From a virus (taxonomy: Duplodnaviria > Heunggongvirae > Uroviricota > Caudoviricetes), in IMG/VR virus record IMGVR_UViG_3300033463_000016, positions 61,995 through 125,994 of that record: 64,000 nucleotides of DNA, one strand, 5' to 3'. The translations under genes were made by a program, and so were the position numbers. The notes below the pieces were generated by a model, which had not been told where the DNA came from, made no database searches, and saw only the letters and a list, made by a program, of their open reading frames with translations. This document shows, piece after piece, positions 1-8,218 of this stretch (position 1 is its first letter; each line of letters opens with the position of its first letter).

Positions 1-244
1 TGTACTCGTTTGCATCATTTATATAATGAAATATGCACGCAGCATAAAACTCGGAATTGTTATTACACAAATCCAACATTTCATTGGTTGATGCGAACAC
101 TATGAAATTATCACAGTTCTTTTTCATTGCATTTTGCGACATATTGTTCATCTCTTTCATCCGAGCGCGAAGCTACATTAAGAACAGCCATAATAGAAAC
201 TCCTATGAATCCCCCTGTAAATAGTCCGATCAAGAATCCTACCA

Positions 245-1450
245 TTAGTCATCCTCCAAAACTTTTACGTTACTTGTATACTTGCCGTCTGCCACATATA
301 CTTTATCGGAACTTAACCACAACTCACGGATAGTGATATTACCGCAAATTTCATTGTTTGTTTCATTCAAATGAGTAATAAAAATAGCATAGTCTTTAAC
401 TTTATGTGATAATGCCGGTGTGATGTAACCGTCGTTGCAAACTCGATCCCAAAAATCATCTTTATCAAATTTGCCGTAGCGAATTGTGCCTTGATAGTCA
501 TTCGGCTCGTTTGTCAAATCAACAATGTCAGGATTGATTTCTTCTTTCGGACATTCTGTAATAAGCCGACCTGCGCCGTGACGAGTAAAATATGTTCTTG
601 TTACATAAACAATTTCAATTTCGCAATCAAGATTTTCGACTCGTTCCCTCGGAATATCTGAATTTGTATGGCTTGCTGTTGTATGTGGAATTTCAATATA
701 GTTATCTTCATCTAATCCAAGCCCTTGTGCGCCCTCAAAGATGATAAAATCGTATTGATCTACAATATCATCAAACTCTGCTATCTTCACGTGATTTATC
801 ATTTCTTTGAAATCACGGATATAATGGTTAATAAGACCTTCAGAACAAAAATGGCTCATATACCTGTCGGGTATATCTTCCAAAGAGATTCCGCAATACT
901 TCAATCTATTCATTGAGTATTCATTAGCGATACGATAAAGATAATTATGCAGTTCAAATTCTTTCATATTAACCAATTCACCGAACGTCTTGGCAAATTT
1001 GCCATTATCATACCGGCGTCTTGTTTCCCATATTCCGTGACCGCAAGAACCGTGACGATCATTTCCACGATGGTTTTCTCTTATTTGGTTGATTAGCATA
1101 TCATATATGGTAATAACACGACACTTAGGCGAGATGAAACATTTTGGAATCTTCTCGCCTTTGCCGGTCAGTTTATGGCACTCCTGAATGAACATTACCG
1201 GATTTACCATAAAATTTCGGTCAAAGTAAGTATCAGCACCGAAATGTGAACCGCAACCGAAATGTGAGTAAACGTGTCGGAATCCATCTTCCGTTTCTAC
1301 TGTATGTCCTCTCTGGCAGCCGCCATTAAAAAGCACATTTAAGCATTTTTGATCCTGCCGCTGTGCTTGTTCCGCAAAATACACAGTTGCCAGACCCTTA
1401 CCCTCATCACCATAATTCGCGCCAATAATTACTTTGACCTGTTTTTTCAT
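245..1450 (-). CDS. Adenylosuccinate synthetase family protein (PurA/PurZ-like)
   Basis: N-terminal GANYGDEGKG P-loop; FEGAQGLGLD and TRHGAG motifs align with PurA GDEGKG / FEGAQGTLLD / TRVGAG; 401 aa; divergent from bacterial PurA. Confidence 0.8.
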   Translation of the reverse strand: MKKQVKVIIGANYGDEGKGLATVYFAEQAQRQDQKCLNVLFNGGCQRGHTVETEDGFRHVYSHFGCGSHFGADTYFDRNFMVNPVMFIQECHKLTGKGEKIPKCFISPKCRVITIYDMLINQIRENHRGNDRHGSCGHGIWETRRRYDNGKFAKTFGELVNMKEFELHNYLYRIANEYSMNRLKYCGISLEDIPDRYMSHFCSEGLINHYIRDFKEMINHVKIAEFDDIVDQYDFIIFEGAQGLGLDEDNYIEIPHTTASHTNSDIPRERVENLDCEIEIVYVTRTYFTRHGAGRLITECPKEEINPDIVDLTNEPNDYQGTIRYGKFDKDDFWDRVCNDGYITPALSHKVKDYAIFITHLNETNNEICGNITIRELWLSSDKVYVADGKYTSNVKVLEDD

Positions 1451-1454
1451 ATTA

Positions 1455-2336
1455 TCACCAAGAAATTTCTGTTGTGTTTACCGGAGCAGTTACACTACCA
1501 TTCACGGCATTTGTTACGATATTAACGATTGCACCAGCAATACTGTTCAGATTGGTTACAAAAAGATGGTTTTCATCGAGATATTCACCATAAGACTTGG
1601 TAATATCATCCTCATAACGCTTATAGCAATTTGAAGTGCCGCCATCGACAGCAAGATGATATACATCAAACTTCTCAATTACCTCGGCATATAAATCCTT
1701 GGTTTCAACATCTGCCTGTACGACATCACCGGTCACACCTGCAAGCCTTACGTGAGGCAGATATGGATTCAAAGGTTCATCACCCATTGTAATGATAATG
1801 CCCTTCTTGCCACGCTTCCAGCAATCGAGTTTGGTATGATTCAATCCCATATACCAAGCAGCAGTATATGACTCATAACGATTTCCGCCACCACCGCCCT
1901 CGAAGTAAATCTTATCAAGTTGTTCGGCAATACGAATATCGGATTCAAACTGTGAAATCTGAATAGGTGTTGTGTCCCAAGACAAATCACCAATACCCAT
2001 AATACAGAACTCAACATCCGTAACCTTCTTATAAAGTTCGGTCATTACTTCATTCAGTTTTGCCGCAACTGATACAGCAGTGCTTCCCATACTGCCAGTA
2101 ACATCAAGAGCCAAAATAACGGGAATCGTGTTAGGATGCTCGTCCGAATCACAACACTCTCTCATTACTTTATAGGGATCAAGTTCGGGCTGTAAATGGC
2201 GTGACTTATATACTTCCTGTGCTGTATAATCATCAGCCATAAAGCACATCGTACCAGAGGCGCCCTTTGTTACCGATCTGCCAACGGAACACGAATACGC
2301 AGTATATTCTTTTTCAGTCCAAGCGCCTCCGCCCAT
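1455..2336 (-). CDS. von Willebrand factor A (vWA) domain protein
   Basis: ILALDVTGSMGS MIDAS-like motif (DxTGS); GGGGG loop; start overlaps stop of next gene (operon). Confidence 0.65.
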   Translation of the reverse strand: MGGGAWTEKEYTAYSCSVGRSVTKGASGTMCFMADDYTAQEVYKSRHLQPELDPYKVMRECCDSDEHPNTIPVILALDVTGSMGSTAVSVAAKLNEVMTELYKKVTDVEFCIMGIGDLSWDTTPIQISQFESDIRIAEQLDKIYFEGGGGGNRYESYTAAWYMGLNHTKLDCWKRGKKGIIITMGDEPLNPYLPHVRLAGVTGDVVQADVETKDLYAEVIEKFDVYHLAVDGGTSNCYKRYEDDITKSYGEYLDENHLFVTNLNSIAGAIVNIVTNAVNGSVTAPVNTTEISW

Positions 2337-2959
2337 TACTCAGTCGCCTCCGTTTCATCAACAACATCTTCCTCATCATCGGAGAAATCAAACATTCCCT
2401 CAAAGATATTCGGAACACTGCCGGAGCCGCCATTTAACATCATCAGAGGAAGAATAGCACTTAAACCACCACCGTTACTACCAGCATTGCCCTTCATCAT
2501 TTCTGACATCATCATATAGGACATAATATTCTTCATACCGCCCTTGCCCTTCAGCAAATCAGTGCCGAACGCAGAAACAATCTTGCCATAGAAATATGTA
2601 TTTCCCATAAATACGTGACGTTCAGGGATGATCTTCTCAATCGTGGAATCCTCGTAATTGATTACTTCAATGCTTCCCTTTTCAACACCGATAACACACT
2701 TGGGAAGTTTATTTACAAGGATGATGTCACCAATTTCAACCTTATTGGTCGGAATTACGAAGAAAAACTCATCACCAATATCAAAAACAAAATTGGTGCA
2801 ATTCGTCAGGCGATTCTTTTTAAGGTTATAACTCTTGTAACCACCGGAAGTCTTGACTGCAATACCCCCTGCCATAGAGAGTCTGCACATTCCCGCCTGT
2901 ACCTTACCGAACATTCCGTTCATACTGTTCAAAAAGTTCATTTCTTTACTTCCTTTCAT
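2336..2959 (-). CDS. Hypothetical protein, Gly/Met-rich C-terminus, acidic tail
   Basis: ORF with ATGA start/stop overlap with the vWA gene; no recognisable catalytic motif. Confidence 0.4.
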   Translation of the reverse strand: MKGSKEMNFLNSMNGMFGKVQAGMCRLSMAGGIAVKTSGGYKSYNLKKNRLTNCTNFVFDIGDEFFFVIPTNKVEIGDIILVNKLPKCVIGVEKGSIEVINYEDSTIEKIIPERHVFMGNTYFYGKIVSAFGTDLLKGKGGMKNIMSYMMMSEMMKGNAGSNGGGLSAILPLMMLNGGSGSVPNIFEGMFDFSDDEEDVVDETEATE

Positions 2960-3243
2960 TAACTACCGATAAAGTAGCCTAATTTGTGGATCAATTTAAT
3001 GGTTTCGAGCGCGGTATTTCTATCGTACTCTTTTTCGGACTCAGGCAGCTCATCATAAGGAACCAAGCAAGGATGAAGTTTCTTCTCATCATCTCTGGTT
3101 TCGCCATACTGCCAGCCTTGGGCGATTCTTCCCTGCGCCCATACGTCGTGTGTATTCTCTGCCAACCTCTCGGTCAATGCCAAAAGTTCGGACGAAAGTT
3201 CCACATCACTTGTATCAATGGGCTTGGGATCATACGTTTTCAT
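2959..3243 (-). CDS. RyR (ryanodine-receptor-like) domain protein
   Basis: HDVWAQGRIAQGWQYGETRDDEKKLHPCLVPYDELPESEKEYDR matches bacterial/phage RyR domain signature (W..GW.YG...D...K.HP.LVPY.EL). Confidence 0.6.
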   Translation of the reverse strand: MKTYDPKPIDTSDVELSSELLALTERLAENTHDVWAQGRIAQGWQYGETRDDEKKLHPCLVPYDELPESEKEYDRNTALETIKLIHKLGYFIGS

Positions 3244-3305
3244 CTAATAATACCTTCTTTCTCTTGATTTTTTTAATGATAAAACGAGCATTTTATCTGC
3301 ACCGT

Positions 3306-3731
3306 TTAACTTACTTTTCTTTCTACCGTACATAATGTATCGTTCTTACTTCCTCCGTGAGCCACAATAAGAATCTCGATTATTTCAAATCCTCGCTTTT
3401 TACCGACACCATTTGTATTCCAACCGAAACTTAGGCATAAACCATTCGGCTTGACAATTCGCGCAATTTCATCGAGATGTTTAGCCCTCCAGGATGATTT
3501 GGTGTGTTCTGCCGTTACCGTGATTCCGACACCCTCATAGCATTCTTTCACTTGCCGGAGAGAATAAGGTGGATCGTATAAGACCACATCAGCAGATTCG
3601 GATTCTATCAGTTTTAGGAAATCCAACGCATCCAAATGATATGTAGTATCAAATTTTGGATTTAGATCATTGGTTATCGTTCCATACTTGCAACCATTTG
3701 CAAAAGGATCAATTATGATACCCCCTGGCAC
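3306..3731 (-). CDS. Small DNA methyltransferase (N6-adenine/N4-cytosine class)
   Basis: IIDPFANG (AdoMet motif I-like) followed by VVLYDPPY (motif IV DPPY). Confidence 0.6.
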   Translation of the reverse strand: MPGGIIIDPFANGCKYGTITNDLNPKFDTTYHLDALDFLKLIESESADVVLYDPPYSLRQVKECYEGVGITVTAEHTKSSWRAKHLDEIARIVKPNGLCLSFGWNTNGVGKKRGFEIIEILIVAHGGSKNDTLCTVERKVS

Positions 3732-3810
3732 AAATGGCGCTCAACCAATTCTTTGATCGGTTTAATGCTGAACGTTTGACTATTCGGCATAGCCCATATA
3801 CGATTGATAA

Positions 3811-4122
3811 TCACGAGAGCATCAATTCCTTAATATATCTTTCTGCCTTCTTCTTGCGCTTGCCATAAGTAACCTTATCGACAAGCTCAGGATGGCAGCT
3901 CTGGATTTGCGCCCTTGTTCTGCGTACCGTTTCAAAGTGAACCAGACCATTATCAAAATGTTCTGAAAGCACTTGATCGAAAGACTTACTAAGGAGTCCA
4001 GGATTTGTCTGTTTGATAACCTGCTTATACAGATAAATATCATCGGAACGTGTAGCCTTGTCCGTATTTAATAAATCAAGTATAACCGACCTTACTTTGT
4101 GATTCTTGGGTTGCCTTCTCAT
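3811..4122 (-). CDS. Hypothetical protein
   Basis: 103-aa ORF, basic C-terminus. Confidence 0.3.
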   Translation of the reverse strand: MRRQPKNHKVRSVILDLLNTDKATRSDDIYLYKQVIKQTNPGLLSKSFDQVLSEHFDNGLVHFETVRRTRAQIQSCHPELVDKVTYGKRKKKAERYIKELMLS

Positions 4123-4135
4123 TTTTTGTTCTCCT

Positions 4136-4612
4136 TTAATATGGTTTTAAAATTTCAGCCAAGTTGTAATCCATTCCGTCAAGAACCTGATGCTCGAATC
4201 CTTCCTGATTCATCAGTTCGTTGATGTTATCTTCATAACATTCCTTGGCATTCATATATGCTTTGTAGTTCTTATCGCTATCGTCCCCCTCATAGCGATA
4301 TTTGAGTTTGTTTACCCACTGTTCTTTAATTGACAGTGCGGGATAAACAATAATTTGCCTTCTTGCCGGTTTTCTCTGTAACTCGTCACGAACTACCTTG
4401 TGAGAAGAAACACAGACGATAAACCCTTGTTGACATAACGATCTTGCTACATTACAGTACGGAATGTACCAATCATCAGCTCTCTTACCATCCACAAAGA
4501 AATTGCTGCTTTCGAGATCAACAACAGTTGGGTTATGATAAGCAAGTGTTGATTTGCCAATTCCCTGATAGCCTACAATTACTAAACCTTTACGATCCAA
4601 TTTACACCTCAT
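4136..4612 (-). CDS. P-loop nucleotide/polynucleotide kinase-like protein
   Basis: Walker A GYQGIGKST near the N-terminus; 158 aa; size and motif like dNMP / polynucleotide 5'-kinases. Confidence 0.55.
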   Translation of the reverse strand: MRCKLDRKGLVIVGYQGIGKSTLAYHNPTVVDLESSNFFVDGKRADDWYIPYCNVARSLCQQGFIVCVSSHKVVRDELQRKPARRQIIVYPALSIKEQWVNKLKYRYEGDDSDKNYKAYMNAKECYEDNINELMNQEGFEHQVLDGMDYNLAEILKPY

Positions 4613-5748
4613 TGAGAATATTTCATATCAAAGTATTTTGCCGCTAATTCCGGCAACTCTTGTTCTATTTGTTCTAAATAAATTAGACTTTTACATTTAG
4701 TTTCTTTCGTTTTCTTTCCTCTACGGACGTTTTGTTCATATTCTTGATCTGCCATAACAAATTCACGAATAGATTTCTTTTTGAAGAAACTCGGCTGATT
4801 ACACCATCTGGTGATTGTTATATAGAATCCCTTGTATGGTGATTCGGTATATCTGTTAAATCTCATAATGTAAGGAATACAACCATACTTTATGAGCAAT
4901 TCGATTCTTTTAAACAAATCAAATAAGTCTTGTTTCCAAAATTCCAAATCCCATTTATCATTTCGATCAAATCCACAAAAACAGTAGAATTTGGGAATTG
5001 AATCGGTATATTTTCTGAGAAGTATTAGTTTTCTTTCAATCAAATCATAATCGGCGACATTATCAAAAGCGAAAATATAATCTCCATCATATTTGCTTTT
5101 GAATAAAACTTCACATTTCTTTTCGGTAAGTATTCTTTCGTCTAAACCTTGTTTGAATTGAAATGGCTTATTAGTCGATTGCAATTCGACAAGTAATTCT
5201 TCCCACTTATTGCAACCCAAAAAATTGTCATCTAACAAACAAATCTTCTTTCTATTCGGATCATAGAACTCTTGTAATGGGCTATGGTGTTGAACACGTT
5301 TATAATTTTTATTAACACAAAACTCACATTGCCTAAAGCATCCACGAGTTAAAAATCCTATCGAATAATCTAAATAGTATTTGTACTCAACTCTTTTTCC
5401 TCTGCCATTAATCAACTGTTCGTTTACCCAATCGTCATATAAGTGATAGTCCGGCATAGAGTGTTCGATTTCGTATGGCAGAGGTGGTGCTTTATCATAA
5501 AAGAATCCCGTACCACCATACTGAACATTAGATATATGTAAAATATTTTCATCTATAGGTGTATCGGTAAAAACTTTACTGATAAATACTTTTTCAAATG
5601 ATTGTAAATCATCATAATCAAGTTTTAATACAACATCTTTCCCCCTGAGTTTGTAGTAAGAGGATATTTTCATACAAACTAAATTTGGGAATCTATGTTT
5701 TTTTCTGCCGATCAAATCCGCATCAATAATTGCTATTCTCATATTCAA
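4609..5748 (-). CDS. Radical SAM domain protein
   Basis: Canonical CX3CX2C: TRGCFRQCEFC; about 150-aa N-terminal extra domain; overlaps upstream kinase gene by 4 nt. Confidence 0.7.
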   Translation of the reverse strand: MNMRIAIIDADLIGRKKHRFPNLVCMKISSYYKLRGKDVVLKLDYDDLQSFEKVFISKVFTDTPIDENILHISNVQYGGTGFFYDKAPPLPYEIEHSMPDYHLYDDWVNEQLINGRGKRVEYKYYLDYSIGFLTRGCFRQCEFCVNKNYKRVQHHSPLQEFYDPNRKKICLLDDNFLGCNKWEELLVELQSTNKPFQFKQGLDERILTEKKCEVLFKSKYDGDYIFAFDNVADYDLIERKLILLRKYTDSIPKFYCFCGFDRNDKWDLEFWKQDLFDLFKRIELLIKYGCIPYIMRFNRYTESPYKGFYITITRWCNQPSFFKKKSIREFVMADQEYEQNVRRGKKTKETKCKSLIYLEQIEQELPELAAKYFDMKYSQ

Positions 5749-7790
5749 TTAACTTAAAAGCGCTTCTCAAACATTCATAACCAATCTTTGTAGTAACCGT
5801 ACCTATGGTTGATTGGTCTTGTCTGATTCTGCTGTTGTAATCATCGTAGATTATTGTGCTTCTCCCCCCGGATTCAGGCGAGAGAATAAAATGTTCTGCT
5901 GAACTTCCACCGATTGTATTAAACAATCTGTCCAGAGCAATTTCAAATGCTCCTATTCCTGAAAAGTAACTGCTTACTTTCAAATCTTCAAACAAATAAG
6001 GCATAACCTTATATAATTCAAGAAATATGTAAAATAATACGTCGGTTACAATTGAATTACCGGCTTGCTTGTAAAGCTGTGAAGCAGATTTATCTTTACC
6101 TTTGTAGAACCTATCGTTTAATGCTTTTCGCGCCTTTTCAAAATCCTCATCGGAGAATCCCATTAAACGCCAACATTCTTTTGGTGTAAGTCGCCGGATA
6201 CGATAACCAACATCCTGATTATCTTTTTCAATCACTCGCTTATCACCCCCGCGTCAATGGTGCGAATAGTGCCGATCGTGCCGCTTTTGAATGTACGCAG
6301 CCCCTCATCAGTTCTCTGTTCACAGATTATCTTTTCTTTACTCATATACTCTCCATAGAAGAATTAGGGATTTTAACAATTACGATAACCATTGGTTGAT
6401 TACCTCCCCCCCTGCATAGTCCGTAGAGCAGGGCAGTAATAATCCTTGTCCCATACATTCCCGGCAAAACTCATACCAGAATAGTTACCATACACATTCC
6501 CCAACTTAACTAAAACTTGTTTTTCTTCTGTCATTTCTTTGTTAAGCCATCATCAATAGGTTCGATAACATAGATCACAGGATTAGTTGCTGTTATTGTT
6601 GGACAAACTTCTCCCCCGATTGAACCCGTCCTCGGCGCGTCTTTGAATTTGGAAAACTCAAATCCGCGACGCCGGGAACGCAGCACTCTATATAACCGAT
6701 TTTCGTGGCTTGTTTAATCCTTACTTTTGTTACTTTCATCTTTCACCCTTTTCTCGCAGATAACTACGATTTTTGGAGGGTCTTTATAGCAAGATGATGG
6801 GATCGTAGAGAGCAATCCATCAATTGAATATATCCAACCTTGTTGTCCCCCCGAACCTCTGTGAATTAATCTCACTATTCCTTGTTCGGACATTCCATTA
6901 CTCCGTTCATACTTTGATTCCCAAAACCTTTGTAATCACGTGCCATCAATGTGTTAGCCAACTCTGTGAATCTCTCACATCGACAACCTTGATTGGATAT
7001 TAGCATTGTCTTTCTTGAACCATATCCCATTGATGACGATCTATACTGCCTCTCCCCCTGCCCTTACAGCGTTAGAAATCTCTTTTTCTAATTTGCCGTC
7101 GCTGATAAGGGTTTCGATAAGCTCTTTTGCTTTATCGGAATCGTTATAGTATTTCTCGTCAACTTCATCTTCGAGCAAATCTTTTAATCTCAGCCCGTTA
7201 TCAAATCCTTCAGGAAACTTGAATTTACCATTATCAAGTTCTTTCTGTACGATTATCAGATATACTCTTTCTCTGTTTTGCGGAATCCCATAATCTTTTG
7301 CATTCAGAATTTTGTAATAGGTGTTATATCCATACTCGTGAAGTTCATTAATGAACATTTGAAATGTGTCTTTGAATCGTTTGCCAACGATATTCTTGAC
7401 ATTCTCATAAATGCCCCATTTAGGCTTGTTTGCTCGAATAACCCTCAGCCACTCAACTAGCAGTGAGCTTCTTGATTTGTCGAGTTCTTCACTTCCGCAA
7501 TTCGGGCATTGATGCCTTACTGAATGGTGAACTGTTAATGGATTATACTCGTGATTGCATTCCTTACACTTCCACATACTGCCAGCTTGATTTCCGGCAA
7601 CGCTGAAATCTTGACAAGGCGATCCACCACAAATCATATTAAACGGAGGAATCTTAGTTTCATCAACCTTTGTAATATCGCCAAGATTGATACTTTCATC
7701 TACTCCGTGGATCGCACAATAGCTCGTAGATGCGAATTTATCAAACTCACAAAAATTCACTAATTCATAAGACTTTCGATCATTACTCAT
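5723..7790 (-). pseudogene. Degraded DNA cytosine-5 methyltransferase (frameshifted; multi-TRD-like middle)
   Basis: 7041..7790 ORF carries motifs II-VIII (PCQDFS, ENV, QNRERVYLI) but lacks motif I. The 6236..7040 gap has TRD-like peptides in shifting frames (LMARDYKGFGNQ; CPALRTMQGG) broken at poly-G tracts (G7 at 6404-6410, G6 at 6846-6851). 5723..6235 ORF has motif IX (RRLTPKECWRLMGF), X (QAGNSIV) then a motif-I-like YFSGIGAFEIALDRL. Confidence 0.6.
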
Positions 7791-7855
7791 ATTTTGAATT
7801 GATAACTCCTATAATCAAATTTCGTTATTCTGCCGATTTTTCTTTATTTCTTGAT

Positions 7856-8131
7856 TTACACAACAACAAAATCTTGGATCAGCGAATAAATGTCTTTCTC
7901 GCATTCACACCAAGTAGTGTTCCAATCAACATCGTGAGCAGTATGCGCCCTCTCGGTTTGTTGGCTTTTTGACACTACGAGAGAACAGAGAAGCGATTTT
8001 GCAGAAAGATTCCAATCATTTCCGTTCTCATCCTTACCAACCAGGCGTACATCACAATCGACGGTTTTGACTGCTTCCGTAAAGCGTTTTACCTCATCAA
8101 TATTGCTAAGTTCAACCTTAACTCTCATCAT
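7856..8131 (-). CDS. Hypothetical protein
   Basis: 91-aa ORF immediately downstream of a consensus promoter with RBS GAGGTG. Confidence 0.45.
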   Translation of the reverse strand: MMRVKVELSNIDEVKRFTEAVKTVDCDVRLVGKDENGNDWNLSAKSLLCSLVVSKSQQTERAHTAHDVDWNTTWCECEKDIYSLIQDFVVV

Positions 8132-8159
8132 TATTACTCACCTCTTTTCACTATTATAT

Positions 8160-8215
8160 ATTATAATGTAATATTTTTCGTTTGTCAACGCATTTTGTTT
8201 TATTTCTTGTAAATA
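8160..8215 (-). promoter_or_regulatory. Sigma70-type promoter (TTGACA-17-TATAAT) plus upstream AAGAAATAAAACAAAA box
   Basis: Minus strand reads AAGAAATAAAACAAAATGCG TTGACA AACGAAAAATATTACAT TATAAT; -35 at 8183-8188, -10 at 8160-8165. Confidence 0.7.
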
Positions 8216-8218
8216 ATT

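Noticed and set aside
725-916. Plus-strand ORFs embedded in minus-strand genes (for example 725..916, 2615..2962, 8981..9370, 45011..45454, 47999..48343)
   Set aside because: They are antisense shadows of long, motif-bearing minus-strand CDS; no RBS/promoter context. The window shows a near-total minus-strand coding bias.
6236-7040. Group I intron or homing-endonuclease insertion splitting the C5-MTase
   Set aside because: The gap translates to MTase TRD-like peptides in shifting frames and breaks coincide with homopolymer G tracts; no intron core elements or HNH/LAGLIDADG ORF.
245-8000. Complete Z-genome cassette (PurZ plus DatZ plus MazZ plus DpoZ)
   Set aside because: Only the PurA/PurZ-family gene is present in the window; no HD-dATPase, MazG-like or PrimPol/PolA gene nearby, so the Z-genome idea is kept only as a flagged possibility.
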